Shown: one piece after another, positions 37,201 to 49,200 of the stretch
Numbering within the stretch: the stretch's first letter is position 1
How the letters are laid out: every line of letters begins with the position of its first letter
Source of the DNA: Mobula hypostoma
Lineage: Eukaryota
Direction: 5' to 3'
Length of the DNA stretch: 64,000 nt
Assembly: GCF_963921235.1 (NCBI RefSeq)
Contig: NC_086107.1
Coordinates: 103,914,001-103,978,000 of the forward strand
Translations under genes and position numbers: made by a program
The notes under the pieces: model-generated
Database searches by the model: none
What the model saw: the letters and a program-made list of their open reading frames with translations, nothing else
What the model was told of the DNA's origin: nothing

Positions 37201-40200
37201 ACCCACTGCCCTGGGAATCGTGTCCCTCTCTCCCCAACAACACAGGAGTAGGTACGTATCTACACTTAAGTTGTCTTTTCCACACCGCTCTCCCCCGCCC
37301 CCCCCCCCGCACAACCAAGTACCTGCTCCCTCACACCACCGGTACTTGCCCTAATTGTTTATTTCCACTCTCTGCCGCAGTGACCGAGTGCAGTAAGAGC
37401 TCCCCCACCACTTACTTCTGGTACCGTGAAACCTTAGAGATCACCGGCTCCATCAATGAGAGTGGAGGCCTGGACCCCACCATGACAGGCTGCCTGTTTG
37501 CAGCATGGGTCATTGTCTGCCTCGCCATGATCAAAGGAATAAAGTCCTCAGGGAAGGTAACATATGATTCCATTTTCATCATTTCCACAGGGAACTATGG
37601 CAGCTCCTGCCAGTCAGGTGTCTGAGGGAGTTATGTTGATTTAACAGTCATCTCTTGAATAAATTGAGGCAGGAGGCACCCAAAAAAATCCCTCTCCAGG
37701 GGCTCCAGGAATTCCACCAAAGGAGCAAATCAGCTCCTGGAGAAAATGGGATTGATTTAAAAAAAAATGGGAATGATGAAGAAAGCATCCCATAGGATTT
37801 TTGCAGAGCAGAGCGCGAAAGTTTCAGAAGGTTCTGAAAGCTAAAGTTCTCACTAAAGAGAGAAGGGATGAGAGTTCATTGGCAGTTGTTTCGACAGGTA
37901 GCCTGGGCAAGTCCATCTCTCTGCTGCTCTGGGGGAGGTTGGCTTATACAGATGGTGAATTCATGGAATTCATTGCCACAGACAGCTATGGAGGCCAAAG
38001 TCTATGGGTATATTTAAAGCAGAGGTTGATTGGTTCTTGATTAGTAGGGGCATCAAAGTTTATGGGGAGAAGGTAGCTGAATGAGGTTGAAAGGGATAAT
38101 AAATCAGCCGTGATGGAATGGCGGACCAGACTCCATGTGTCAAATGCCTAATTCTGCTCACGTGTCTTATGGCCTGTATGAGGAAAGCCAAGAGTCAAGA
38201 AAAAGTTGCAGGGAGTGGCTGCAGGCAAACCTTGGAAGGAAGGGTGAGGATTTACAATTCAGTGACCTGCGTAAGAGTGCAGCTGAGAGGAAGGGTGTGC
38301 GTCAAATGAATGAGACTGTGTTGGGCAGGGTAGAAGCTGGTCAAAATTGGGCAAGAAGAGAAACCCAACGAATAATTAAGCCCTGGTAATGACACTGGAG
38401 GGCCGGCTGGTGGTGTAGTGGTTTCAGCACTGGACTTCAAGGCAGAAGGTCCTGAGTTCAAACCCAGCCGGGTCCCAACCTGAGCAGCAGCAGTGCCTGC
38501 GCAGAAGAAAAGCCTGGCAATCTACTTCCATATCGTGCCATGAAAACCCTGTGGACCCTCTGGTCCATGAAGTCACGAAGAGTCGGACTCAACTTAACGA
38601 CTGAACAACAACAACAAATGACACTGGAAGAGGAGCTGTGGAGTTGGGTAGAGACAGGCAGTGTCAGCGGGGGGTGGGGGGGTAATATTTATTGAAAACA
38701 ATCAGGTGCAGTATGATTAGGTCAAGGAGTTGGGAATGAGCAGTGAGAGTGGTTGGAACCAAGGGCACTAGAGGTCTGTGTTAGTATGAGGGGTTCAGTG
38801 GCCTCTTTTATTCCTACCATGCTTCTAAGCGGGAATATTTTTGCACACACTCACTTGTACTGGGTGGCTAAATGTGCGTTATTCTGGTGAGCAGAGAGTT
38901 GTTAACGTCTTTGCCATTCACCCCACAGGTCATGTACTTCAGTTCCCTCTTCCCTTACCTCGTGCTTTTCTGCTTCCTCATTCGAGGCCTCCTACTGGAA
39001 GGGTCCGCGGATGGAATTCGCTACATGTTCACTCCTAAGGTAGGGGGAAGTGTTTGTGGGAGTGTAAGAGGGAGGGGCTACAACTTGGACCAGGAAATGG
39101 GCTTCAGGTGGTCGTACTGACTGAGATGGTCGGCTGAGGGTTGGAGGCACATTCTGCTCAGTGATGAACTGTCTCATTCCTTCCTTCTCCTAGATCCATT
39201 CTACTTTGATTCCCAGGTGGATGAGGTGGGGCAGGTGACCGAGGGAGGTGGAGGGGGGTCTTACACTTTCTCAAATGTGCCTGTTATCAACAAGTGTCAC
39301 TCTGTGGGAAGTGGAGTAGGAGTCACAACGAACATTTCATTCCTACCCACTGGCATCATTTTCCAAAAGTTATAAATTCATGAAGACTTCAGAGTTACAG
39401 ATATATTTCCACATCTTGTGTGTCACCACAGACCACTACAGCAAAGAAACAGGCCCTTTGGCCCATTTAGTCTGGCTGGCCTGGTTTTCTGCCTTCTCCC
39501 ATCTCCCTGCACCTGGACCATTGCCTTCCATGCTCCTCTGTTCCAAACTTAAGTGTTACAATCGAACCTGCATCCACCACTTATGCCGGCGACTCATTCC
39601 ACACTTGCACCACCCCCTAAAGAAGCTTCCCCTTCAGATTCCCATTAAATATTTTACCTTTCATCCTAAACCTATGTCCTCTAGTTCTAGTATCCTCCAA
39701 CCTGAAAGGACTGTATGGATTCACCCTGTATAAGATCTCCCTTTATTTTCCTGCGCTTCAGAGAATAAAATCCTAAGCTATGCAATCTATCCCTGGAACT
39801 CAGGTCCCAGCAACGCCAATGTAATTTTTCTCTGCATTCTCTGATACCTTTCCTGCGCACTATACTCTAAATTTGACCTCACCTACATCTTCTATAGCAG
39901 AACTTCTCAACCTGGGGTCCACGGACCCCTCAGTTAATGGCAAGGGTCCATGGCATAAAAAAGGGTTAGGAACTCCTGTTTTGCAATTTTAACATAACAG
40001 CCCAACTCCTGTACTCAGTGCCCTGAATTATGAGGGCTGATGTGCCAAAAACCTAACCTGACCTATTTAACCTATCCCTGTGGGAGAGAGTTAATCAGTC
40101 CATTAGACCTGCTATCAGATGTTCTTTGTCTCTTGGCTGAGTGAGATTTAATCGCTGGTTGGTATACTAATGGTTCTGGCTCTGTGCTGTGGTTTTATCG

Positions 40201-43200
40201 ATGGGAAATTGCTTCGAATAAGATAGTGCAACTGATGTAGGAAGTGTCTCAGACTCATTCCAGGAACGTCAGGAAGTGAAGATGGGTTGCAGTGTTCTCA
40301 GCCAGGTTTTTGTGACCAAGAAACAGCAATACTCTGTGTCTGTACCGACCCTAGCACTGTGTAAGACCAGGACATGCGAACAGAATTAGGCTATTCGGCA
40401 CATCGAGTCTGCTCTGCACAGCTAATTTATTCTCCCTGTCAACCCCGTTCTCCTTGTTTCTCCCCATAACCTTTGACACCCATACTAATCAAGAACCTAT
40501 CAACCTGTACTCTAAATATAGTGGATTCCGGTTAGTTGGGACATCTATTGATCAAGCCAGCTGCTTATTTAGGGCAACTCTTAAAAAAAAACACTAATCA
40601 AGAAAATAACCGTAAACAACAGGAGTTCTGCAGATGCTGGAAATTCAAGCAACACACATCAAAGTTGCTGGTGAACGCAGCAGGCCAGGCAGCATCTCTA
40701 GGAAGAGGTACAGTCGACGTTTCAGGCCGAGATTCTTCATCAGGAGTCCTGACGAAGGGTCTCGGCCTGAAACGTCGACTGTACCTCTTCCTAGAGATGC
40801 TGTCTGGCCTGCTGCGTTCACCAGCAACTTTGATGTGTGTTGCAAGAAAATAATTGTGATTCCCTTTATTTAGGGCACTAATTGGGATAGTAGACTTTAG
40901 CTGAACAGTCTCTAACTAGCATCAGACGTGTGCACTTGTGTGGGCATTAGACATTCCACTGTGCTTAGAGCGAACCATTTTGAAGTAGTGTCAATTGTGT
41001 GAGCCTGTATTCAAAAAGCAATGATTTTTGTCGCTGATAGTTGGCGAGTAATAAGCAGTAAGACAATTCAGAACTGTTTTGCTCACTGCGGTTTCCAACA
41101 TTCAGGCTTGGTAATCTCAGAAATGGCTGGGAGTGAAAATGAAACTATTTCACTACATTAACAAGCTATGAACTACAAGAGGTACAGGTATGATCTCCAG
41201 AAAGCCATCACAAGGGCGGTGGAGATTCAAATTAGACTGGAATCAACAAGGGATGCTAGACAGCTGTGGTGGGGTTTGAATGCCATAACCTCCTACAAAG
41301 TTAAACCTTGTGATATAGGGGACAGCAGAGCTTCGCTTCCAGATGAGCTCAATGCCTTCTATGCTCGCTTTGACCACCAGGACAAGGAGGAACAATTGCA
41401 CACTCCATGTCTCCCTGTGATCCTTTGGTCTCAGTATTTGAAGATGATGTGCCTTCAAGAGAGCGAATCCAGGGAAAGCATCCAGTCCAGATAGAGTACC
41501 TGGCCAAGTACTGAAGACCTGTGCTGATCAACTGGCTGGTGTGTTCACGGATATCTTCAACTCTCACTCCAGCAGTGTATGGTATCCACCAGCTTCAAGC
41601 AGGCTTCAATCATACTGATCCCCAAGAAGAGCATGGTAATCTGCCTCAATGACTATCACCCAGTGGCACTTACATCCACAGTGATGAAGTGTTTTGAGAG
41701 GCTGGCGTTGAAGCATATCAGCTCCTGTCTGAGTGGCGACTTGGATCTGCTCCAATTTGCCTACCAAAGCAACAGGTCTAGAGCAGATGCCATCTCATTG
41801 GCTCTTCACACAACCCCGGAACATCTGGACAACAAAGATGCATACATCAGGATGCTCTTTATCAGTTACAGCTCAGTATTTAGTACCATCATCCCCTGAA
41901 AACTAATCAGTAAACTCCAAGATCTGGGCCTCATTGCCCCTTTGTGCAATTGGATCCTGGATTTCCTCAGTTGCAGACCCCAGTCGGTTTGGATTGGCAA
42001 AAACATCATCTCTACAATCTCCATCGGCACAGGATGTGTGCTTAGCCCCTGCTCTACTCACTTTACACCTATGACTGTGTGGCTAAGTACAGCTCCAACA
42101 CCATATACAGGTTTGCTGACGACACCACTGTTGTGGGCCGTATCAAAGGTGGTGGTGAATCAGCAGACAGGACGGAGATTAAAAATTTGGCTGAGTGATG
42201 TCAATACAACAACCTCTTACTCAATGTCAGCAAGACCAGGGAACTGATTGTAGACTTCAGGAGAGGGAAAACAGAGGTCCATGAGCCAGTACTCATCAGA
42301 GGATCGGGTGGAGAGGGTCAGTAACTTTAAATTCCTGGATGTCACTATGTCAGAGGACCTGTTCTGGACCCATCATATAAATATTTTTTCAAAGAAAGGC
42401 CAACAGTTCCTCTACTTCCTCAAGAATCCATGGAGATTTGGCATGTCATCAGAAACTTTGGCAAACCTCAATAGATGTGTGGTGGAAAGTGTGCTGACTG
42501 GCTGTATTATGGCCTGGTATGGAAACACCTCTGCCTTTGAGCAGAAAATCCTACAAAGGGTAGTGGGTTCGGCCCAGTACATCACAAGTAAAGCCCCCCC
42601 CCCACTCCCCCCAACCATTGAGCACATCTACATAAAACGGTGCTGTGGAAAAGCAGCATCCATCATCAAAGATGCACCACCCAGGCCATGCTCTTTTCTC
42701 ACTGCACATCAGGCAGAAGGTACAAGAGCCTCAGGACTCGCACCACCAGGTTCAGGAACAGTTACTACCCCTCAACCGTCAGGCTCTTGAACAAAAGGGG
42801 ATAACTACACTCATTCTATTTCTGGTGTTCCCACAACCGATGGTCTCACTTTAAGGACTCTTTATCTTGTTATTTCATTCTCTCATTTATTGCTATTTAT
42901 TTATATTTGTATTTGTACAATTTATTCATTGATCCTGTTTACAGTTACTGTTCTATAGATTTGCTAAGTATGCTCGCGGTAAAAGAATCTCGGTTGTAGG
43001 TGATGGCATGTATGTACTCGATAATTATAAATTTTACTTTGAATTTGAAGGTATCGACAATCATCTTACAGGTCCACTGGGTAAATTCCCCTGTCAATAA
43101 TAAATAGAAACTAATACAGTTTTATACTACTGTAGTAGTATTGATAGTGTTCTAATTTGTTCTGCATTTCGTTAAAAACCTAATTTGTTACTCAGTTAAA

Positions 43201-46200
43201 TGGTAGTTTGGCTTTTTTATGTGTTTATAACTATTTCCATGAAACTTTGGCTAATTGGAATAGTATTTAATTGGGTGAAAATGTGCTGGTCCCAATGTGC
43301 CCCTATTAACCGGAATCCACTGTATATCCAATGATTTGGCCTCCACAGCCGTCTGTGGCAATGAATTCCACTGACTTACCACCCTCATGCTAAAGAAATT
43401 CCTCCTCATGTCTGTCCTAAAGGGGCATCCTTCTGTTCTGAGACTGTGCCCTCTGGTCCTAGACTCTCCCACTATTGGGAACATCTTCCCCCGTCCACTC
43501 TATATAGACCTTTCAATAATGGGGCATTATAGAAGAGATTTGCTCTGTCTCTTGTTAGGATAATTCCATTTCTGAAGAGTGGGAGACTGCACTCAATTTC
43601 TTGTTGCATAGGTGGCCATTTCACATCAGTTGTCAAACTGCTCTGGCTGGATGGAGTTTTGGTTAGAGGTGGCAGAGTGTACTGCTGTGCTCCCTTACAC
43701 ATTCTCCCTGGACTACATGATTTCCTCAGGGCGTTCCGATTTACTCCACCATCCCAAAGTCATGCAGGTTGGTAGGTTAATTGGCCATTGTAAGTGTGCG
43801 GTTAAGGGTCAAATCAGGAGGGCCAGTGGAAAGTTCAGCAGAATAAATTGGACTGAGGGTAGGTGAGTGGTTGATGGACTATGTGTTATTGCCAATTAAC
43901 TGGCCTCACACTTGTCCCTCAACCACACTTTAGTTAGTTGTGCACAAGGAGAACAGCATGGCCCCTGTCAGCACGCTGTTTTGAAGTTTGAACAAAGAAA
44001 TGCCGTTTTTATACAGAATCAACTAGTTGAATACAGTTCAAAGTTCAAACTAAATTTATTATCAGAGTACCCACTGTATATGTCACCATATACTACCCAG
44101 AGAGTATTGCAGTAGAACAAAATTACAATAGAATCAAAGAAAACACACAAAGACTGAGGGCCATTGTGCAAGTGAAGACAAACTACAAATACGAAAGAAA
44201 CAACAATAATAATAAATAACTAGAAAATAAATAATACTGACCAACTCGTAACTGTGTACGTTCAAATTCCTGATTTGCATGATCAATCCCCAATCACACT
44301 ATGGTATTACAGGTGTTAATAGCCAATAGAATTTACACATTAAAGGCCAATAATACTTCAGAACTAGTAAAGTAACTGACCAATATTAAGTGTCACCCTA
44401 GAATCCTTGGATTACATCCTTATCTTGTCTCAGTAATCCTAATGGCTCTATTTCAAAGCCCTTTCTTGCCTGGCTGACTGCACACTATCTGTAAGCTATC
44501 CTTGCTAGAACTTTGTCTTAGCCCTCACCTTGCCACAACTTCCACGTATGAACCCAAGGAGCCTGTATCTCACTAATAAATTTAAATGACAGTCTAATAA
44601 ATTTAATTTAAACATTAAAGATTAGCCGATTCTGTACTTCAATCTTCACTTGTAGAGTTGCTGGACATTTCTAAATCGGTTTGGTCTCCTGACTTCAGAT
44701 TATTTGCATCTTTTGCAGATTGAAATTTTGGTGGACACACAAGTGTGGCGCCAGGCTGCAACGCAAGTCTTCTTCGCCCTGGGTCTGGGCTTTGGCAGTG
44801 TCATTGCTTATTCCAGCTACAATCCCCACACCAATAATTGCCATTTTGATGCCTATCTCGTCTCCTTCATCAACTTTTTCACATCCGTCTTTGCCACGCT
44901 GGTTGTCTTCGCTGTGCTGGGCTTCCGAGCAAACGTCCTCACTCAGAAATGCTTACAAAGGTACAAGGCATGAGAGTTGGCATATAAAATGGCAACACCC
45001 TCCCCCCCCCCCGCCCCCCACAAAATGCTGGAGGAACTCAGCAGAACGGGCGGCATCTATGGAAAAGAGTAAAACAGTCGCTATTTCAGGCCGAGATGTG
45101 GACTGTTTACTCTTTTCTGTAGATGCTGCCTGGCCTGCTGAGTTCCTCTTGAGAGGTTTGGGTAAGTAGGTTATCTGGTTTAAAAGTGAATTGTGTGTGG
45201 GGGTGTTAATGGGATTAGAAGTGTAATTCCTGTTCGGTTGTAGGTAATGAACCACTTCCAGGAGAGGCAAACACTAGTGAGGACCACAGACTAAATCCTT
45301 CCCCCCTTGACTTGAACCTGTGTCAGGCTGGCTGATGTGATTCATGAGCTGGCTTCATGGTGGAGTTGTTCATCAGTTGATTGTGCTGTGTTTCAGGAAC
45401 ACCGTTCTGGTGACAGATCTGATTAACAGTGGCCTTTTGAACAGAAGTTTGATCCCCGAGTCTTTAAACTTCTCAACGGTATCGCACGAGCAATACAGCA
45501 AATGGTTTAACTCTTGGGAACCGGAGCTGGTCCGTTATGGTGTGGAGCAGTGTGACCTCAGACAAGAAATGCAGAAGGTAAGTCAGCCAACTTGACTAAG
45601 ATTAGAAAGTGGGAATTAGTCTGGAAGGTGAGTCACCAATGGACAGGAATAAGAAGAACTGAGTTGTGATAGACTACTGTTTTAGGTGCCTAGACTCAAA
45701 AGCAGTCAGGTTGATATATACTTCCATCCATTCATCCACCCCACCCACATACATACACATCAGGCACTTTTCTCCACAGCCCCTCAGCACCCTTCAACCC
45801 CCATGTACTGTCACTTTAGACTTCCACTCCACACCTCATGCCCACACTGACACAGTCATTGACCTACTGTGTTTTCATATGCCCTGCTGCGACCTACAGT
45901 ACTGTGCACAAGTCTTTGACACATTTATATAGCTAGGGTACCGAAGACTTTTGCACAGTACTGTATTTGTCAGCGGGGAGCGAGTTTATAAGTCTAGCGG
46001 GAGCATAGGATGTTGGGAATGGCGAGGGTGGAGCGCCGCAGGAGGGATGTGGGGGGAGGTGGCAGAGAAGAAGTGCCAGGGCTAGGGTGGGGGGTGGCAA
46101 AGCTACAGACCTGAGACACCAGGCAAGATCATTTGGTTCCAAACAATTGGCTTATTGATCATTACAGAATGTCTCTCTGGTGCTTCCTGCTCCCTCCCCC

Positions 46201-49200
46201 TTTCCCAGCCATGATTCCCCTCTCCCTGCCCCCTTCCCACTCTCAGTCCACAATGGAGACCCGAATCAGAATCAGGTTTATCATCACTCACATATGTCAT
46301 GAAATTTATCATCTTATTTTTTGTGGCAGCATTAAAGTGCAACACATAAAATTACTACAGTACTGTGCACAAGTTTTAGGCACTCTAGCAATATATATCT
46401 ATGCCCAAGATATTTGCACAGTTCTGTAGGAGAGATCCTCTTGCTAAAAGTAACTATGTCACTTTATCATTTCCTATCGGAGTCACCTTGTATAGAGATG
46501 TTCCTGCACTTAGTGTCACCTTATATATGTACGATGAAATGCTTTATATACTAATCTTATGTATGTGCAGCTACATTCAGTTAGTTACATATTGTGTTTT
46601 ATAAGATTGCTTTTACATTTATTGTGTTTTTTTGTATTTTATTGTGTTCTTTCAGTTTATTGTATTTTTTATTTGCATCTGGAGTAACAATCACTTTGTT
46701 CATTACACACGAGGGTAAAGGAGAACAATCTTGAATCTTGATTTTTGCCTGTTCTGCTCTGAGCGAAGAATTGCTTCTCTCTATTCACCAGGGCGCTGAG
46801 GGTACAGGACTTGCCTTCATTGCTTTCACCGAAGCCATCACGCATTTTCCTGCATCGCCATTTTGGTCTCTCCTGTTCTTCCTGATGCTGCTGAACTTGG
46901 GACTGAGCACAATGTTCGGAAACATGCAGGGAATTCTCACCCCACTCCTTGACAACTTCCCCTTGCTGTCCCGGAGGAAGTCACTCTTCACAGGTAAAGC
47001 ATAGTGCAGTCAAAGCTGGCCAGCGCCCTGTGACTGGATAGTCACTAAACCCACTGTTGCATCTTGATCCAAGCCCATCGTAACATCTGTGGGCGCATTG
47101 ACACTGCACCCTGCACCCTCTACAAATGGAAACTAATTTAACATCTACCTGTGGTAAACCACAAACAGAGGTTTCCTTCTGTCCTGCTTTTGCACTTGGC
47201 TGTAAGGTAGGAGGAGACGATTAGGTGCCCCAAATCCACCACGTTCTGTAGTTCTTCAGATAGTTCATTCTGCTATCCCCTTGATAGAAACCATAAAAAA
47301 ACTACAGTACAGAAACAGGCCTTTTGGCCCTTCTAGGCTGTGCCGAACCATGTTCTACCTGGTCCCACTGACCTGCACACGGACCATATCCCTCCATACA
47401 CCTCCCATCCACGATCTGTCCAATTTATTCTTAAATGTTAAAAAAAGAACCCGTATTTACCACCTTGTCTGGCAGCTCATTCCACACTCCCACCACTCTG
47501 TGTGTGGAGAAGCCCCTGCAATATTCCCTTTAATCTTTTCCCCCTTCACCCTTAACCCATGTCCTCTGGTTTTTTTCTCCCCTTGCCTCAGTGGAAAAAG
47601 CCTGCTTGCATTCACTCTATCTATACCTATCATAATTTTATATACCTCTATCAAATCTCCCCTCATTCTTCTACGCTTCAGGGAATAAAGTCTTAACCTA
47701 TTCAACCTTTCTCTGTAACTCAGTTTCTCAAGTCCTGGTTACATCCTTGCAAACCTTCTCTGCACTCTTTCAACCTTATTAATATCCTTCCTGTAACTTG
47801 GTGACCAAAACTGAACACAATACTCCAAATTCAGCCTCACCAATGCCTTATACAACCTCATCATAACATTCCAGCTCTTATACTCAATACTTTGATTTAT
47901 AAAATCAAAGCCTCTTCCCGGGATCTTGTCACCACCCACAATCACCCCCCCCACCGCCAGCATCTCACCTGTACCCCAGGTCTGACAGGACCCGTCTCAC
48001 CTCTTCCCAGGACACGCACTCTTGCTTCGCCACCTCCCAGGAGCCAGTCGACCCCCAACACCCCCTATCTCTCCTCTCTCTGGGGTCTGTTGCCCCCCAA
48101 CCCCCCACCCTGGGACTTGCCCTTCGGCCTCACCGCTTCTCTGGGTCCAGCCCACCTCTGCCATTCTACCTCACCTAGGATCCTGCATCCCCACCTCGCC
48201 GCTTCCCAGGGACCAGTACAAACCTCCTGTCCCACCTCCTCCCGGCGTCCCTCACTGCCTCATTCCTTGCTTTTCTTTTTATTCCAGTGTTCTGTTGTAT
48301 CCTGGGGTTTATCACTGGACTACTCTTTACACAGCGGTCGGGGAATTACTTTGTCACCATGTTTGATGACTACTCTGCAACATTGCCTCTGATTATCGTC
48401 GTACTGTTTGAGCTGATGGCAGTTGCCTGGATCTATGGAGCTGACAAGTAAGCTCTGGTTTACAACTCTCTGTTCTTTTCCCAACATCCCTCTCTCTGTC
48501 CACATCCATGTTTTCTGTTATCAGTAAAACTCCATAAATCCAGCATTAGTGGAAGTTTTTATAGATTGTTGGATGTTATTCCAGTGAGACTCCACCCCTC
48601 TCCTCCCCTTTCCTCCCCTCTCCCCCCCCTTTCCTCCCCTCTCCCCCTTTCCTCCCCTCTCCCCCCCTTTCCTCCCCTCTCCCCCCTTTCTTCCCCCTCC
48701 CCCCTTTCCTCCCCCCTCCCCCCTTTCCTCCCCCCTCCCCCTTTCCTCCCCCCTCCCCCCTTTCCTCCCCCCTCCCCCTTTCCTCCCCTCTCCCCCCTTT
48801 CCTCCCCTCTCCCCTTTCCTCCCCTCTACCCCCTTTCCCCTCTCCTCCCTTCTACCCACCTTTCCTCCCCCTCTACCCACCTTTCCTCCCCTCTCCCCTT
48901 TCCTCCCTCTCCCCTTTCCACCCCCTACCCCCTTTCCCCTCTCCTCCCCTCTACCCCCCTTTCCTCCCCTCTATCCCCTTTCCTCCCCCTCCCTACCCTC
49001 TCCCCTTTCCTCCCCATCCCCCCTTCCTCCCCCTCTACCCTCTCCTCCCCCTCTCTACCCTCTTCCCCTTTCCTCCCCATCCCCCCTTCCTCCCCCTCTC
49101 TACCCTCTCCTCACCCTCTCCCCCTTTCCTCCCCATCCCCCCTTCCTCCCCCTCTCTACCCTCTCCTCACCCTCTCCCCCTTTCCTCCCCCATCCCCCCT

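Larger units (their letters stand above)
40519..43322. mobile_element. Non-autonomous pogo/Tigger-like (Tc1/mariner) DNA transposon hosting two later insertions
   Basis: TIRs (t)agtggattccggttagttggg / ccctattaaccggaatccactg with TA TSDs. Splits an antisense CR1 3' fragment (~40365-40518 continues at 43323-43515). Confidence 0.85.

Noticed and set aside
38400..38475. tRNA gene
   Set aside because: tRNA-like head of a SINE: it continues into a LINE-derived body and tail and is bounded by a TSD. The 59030 head likewise continues into a V-SINE body.
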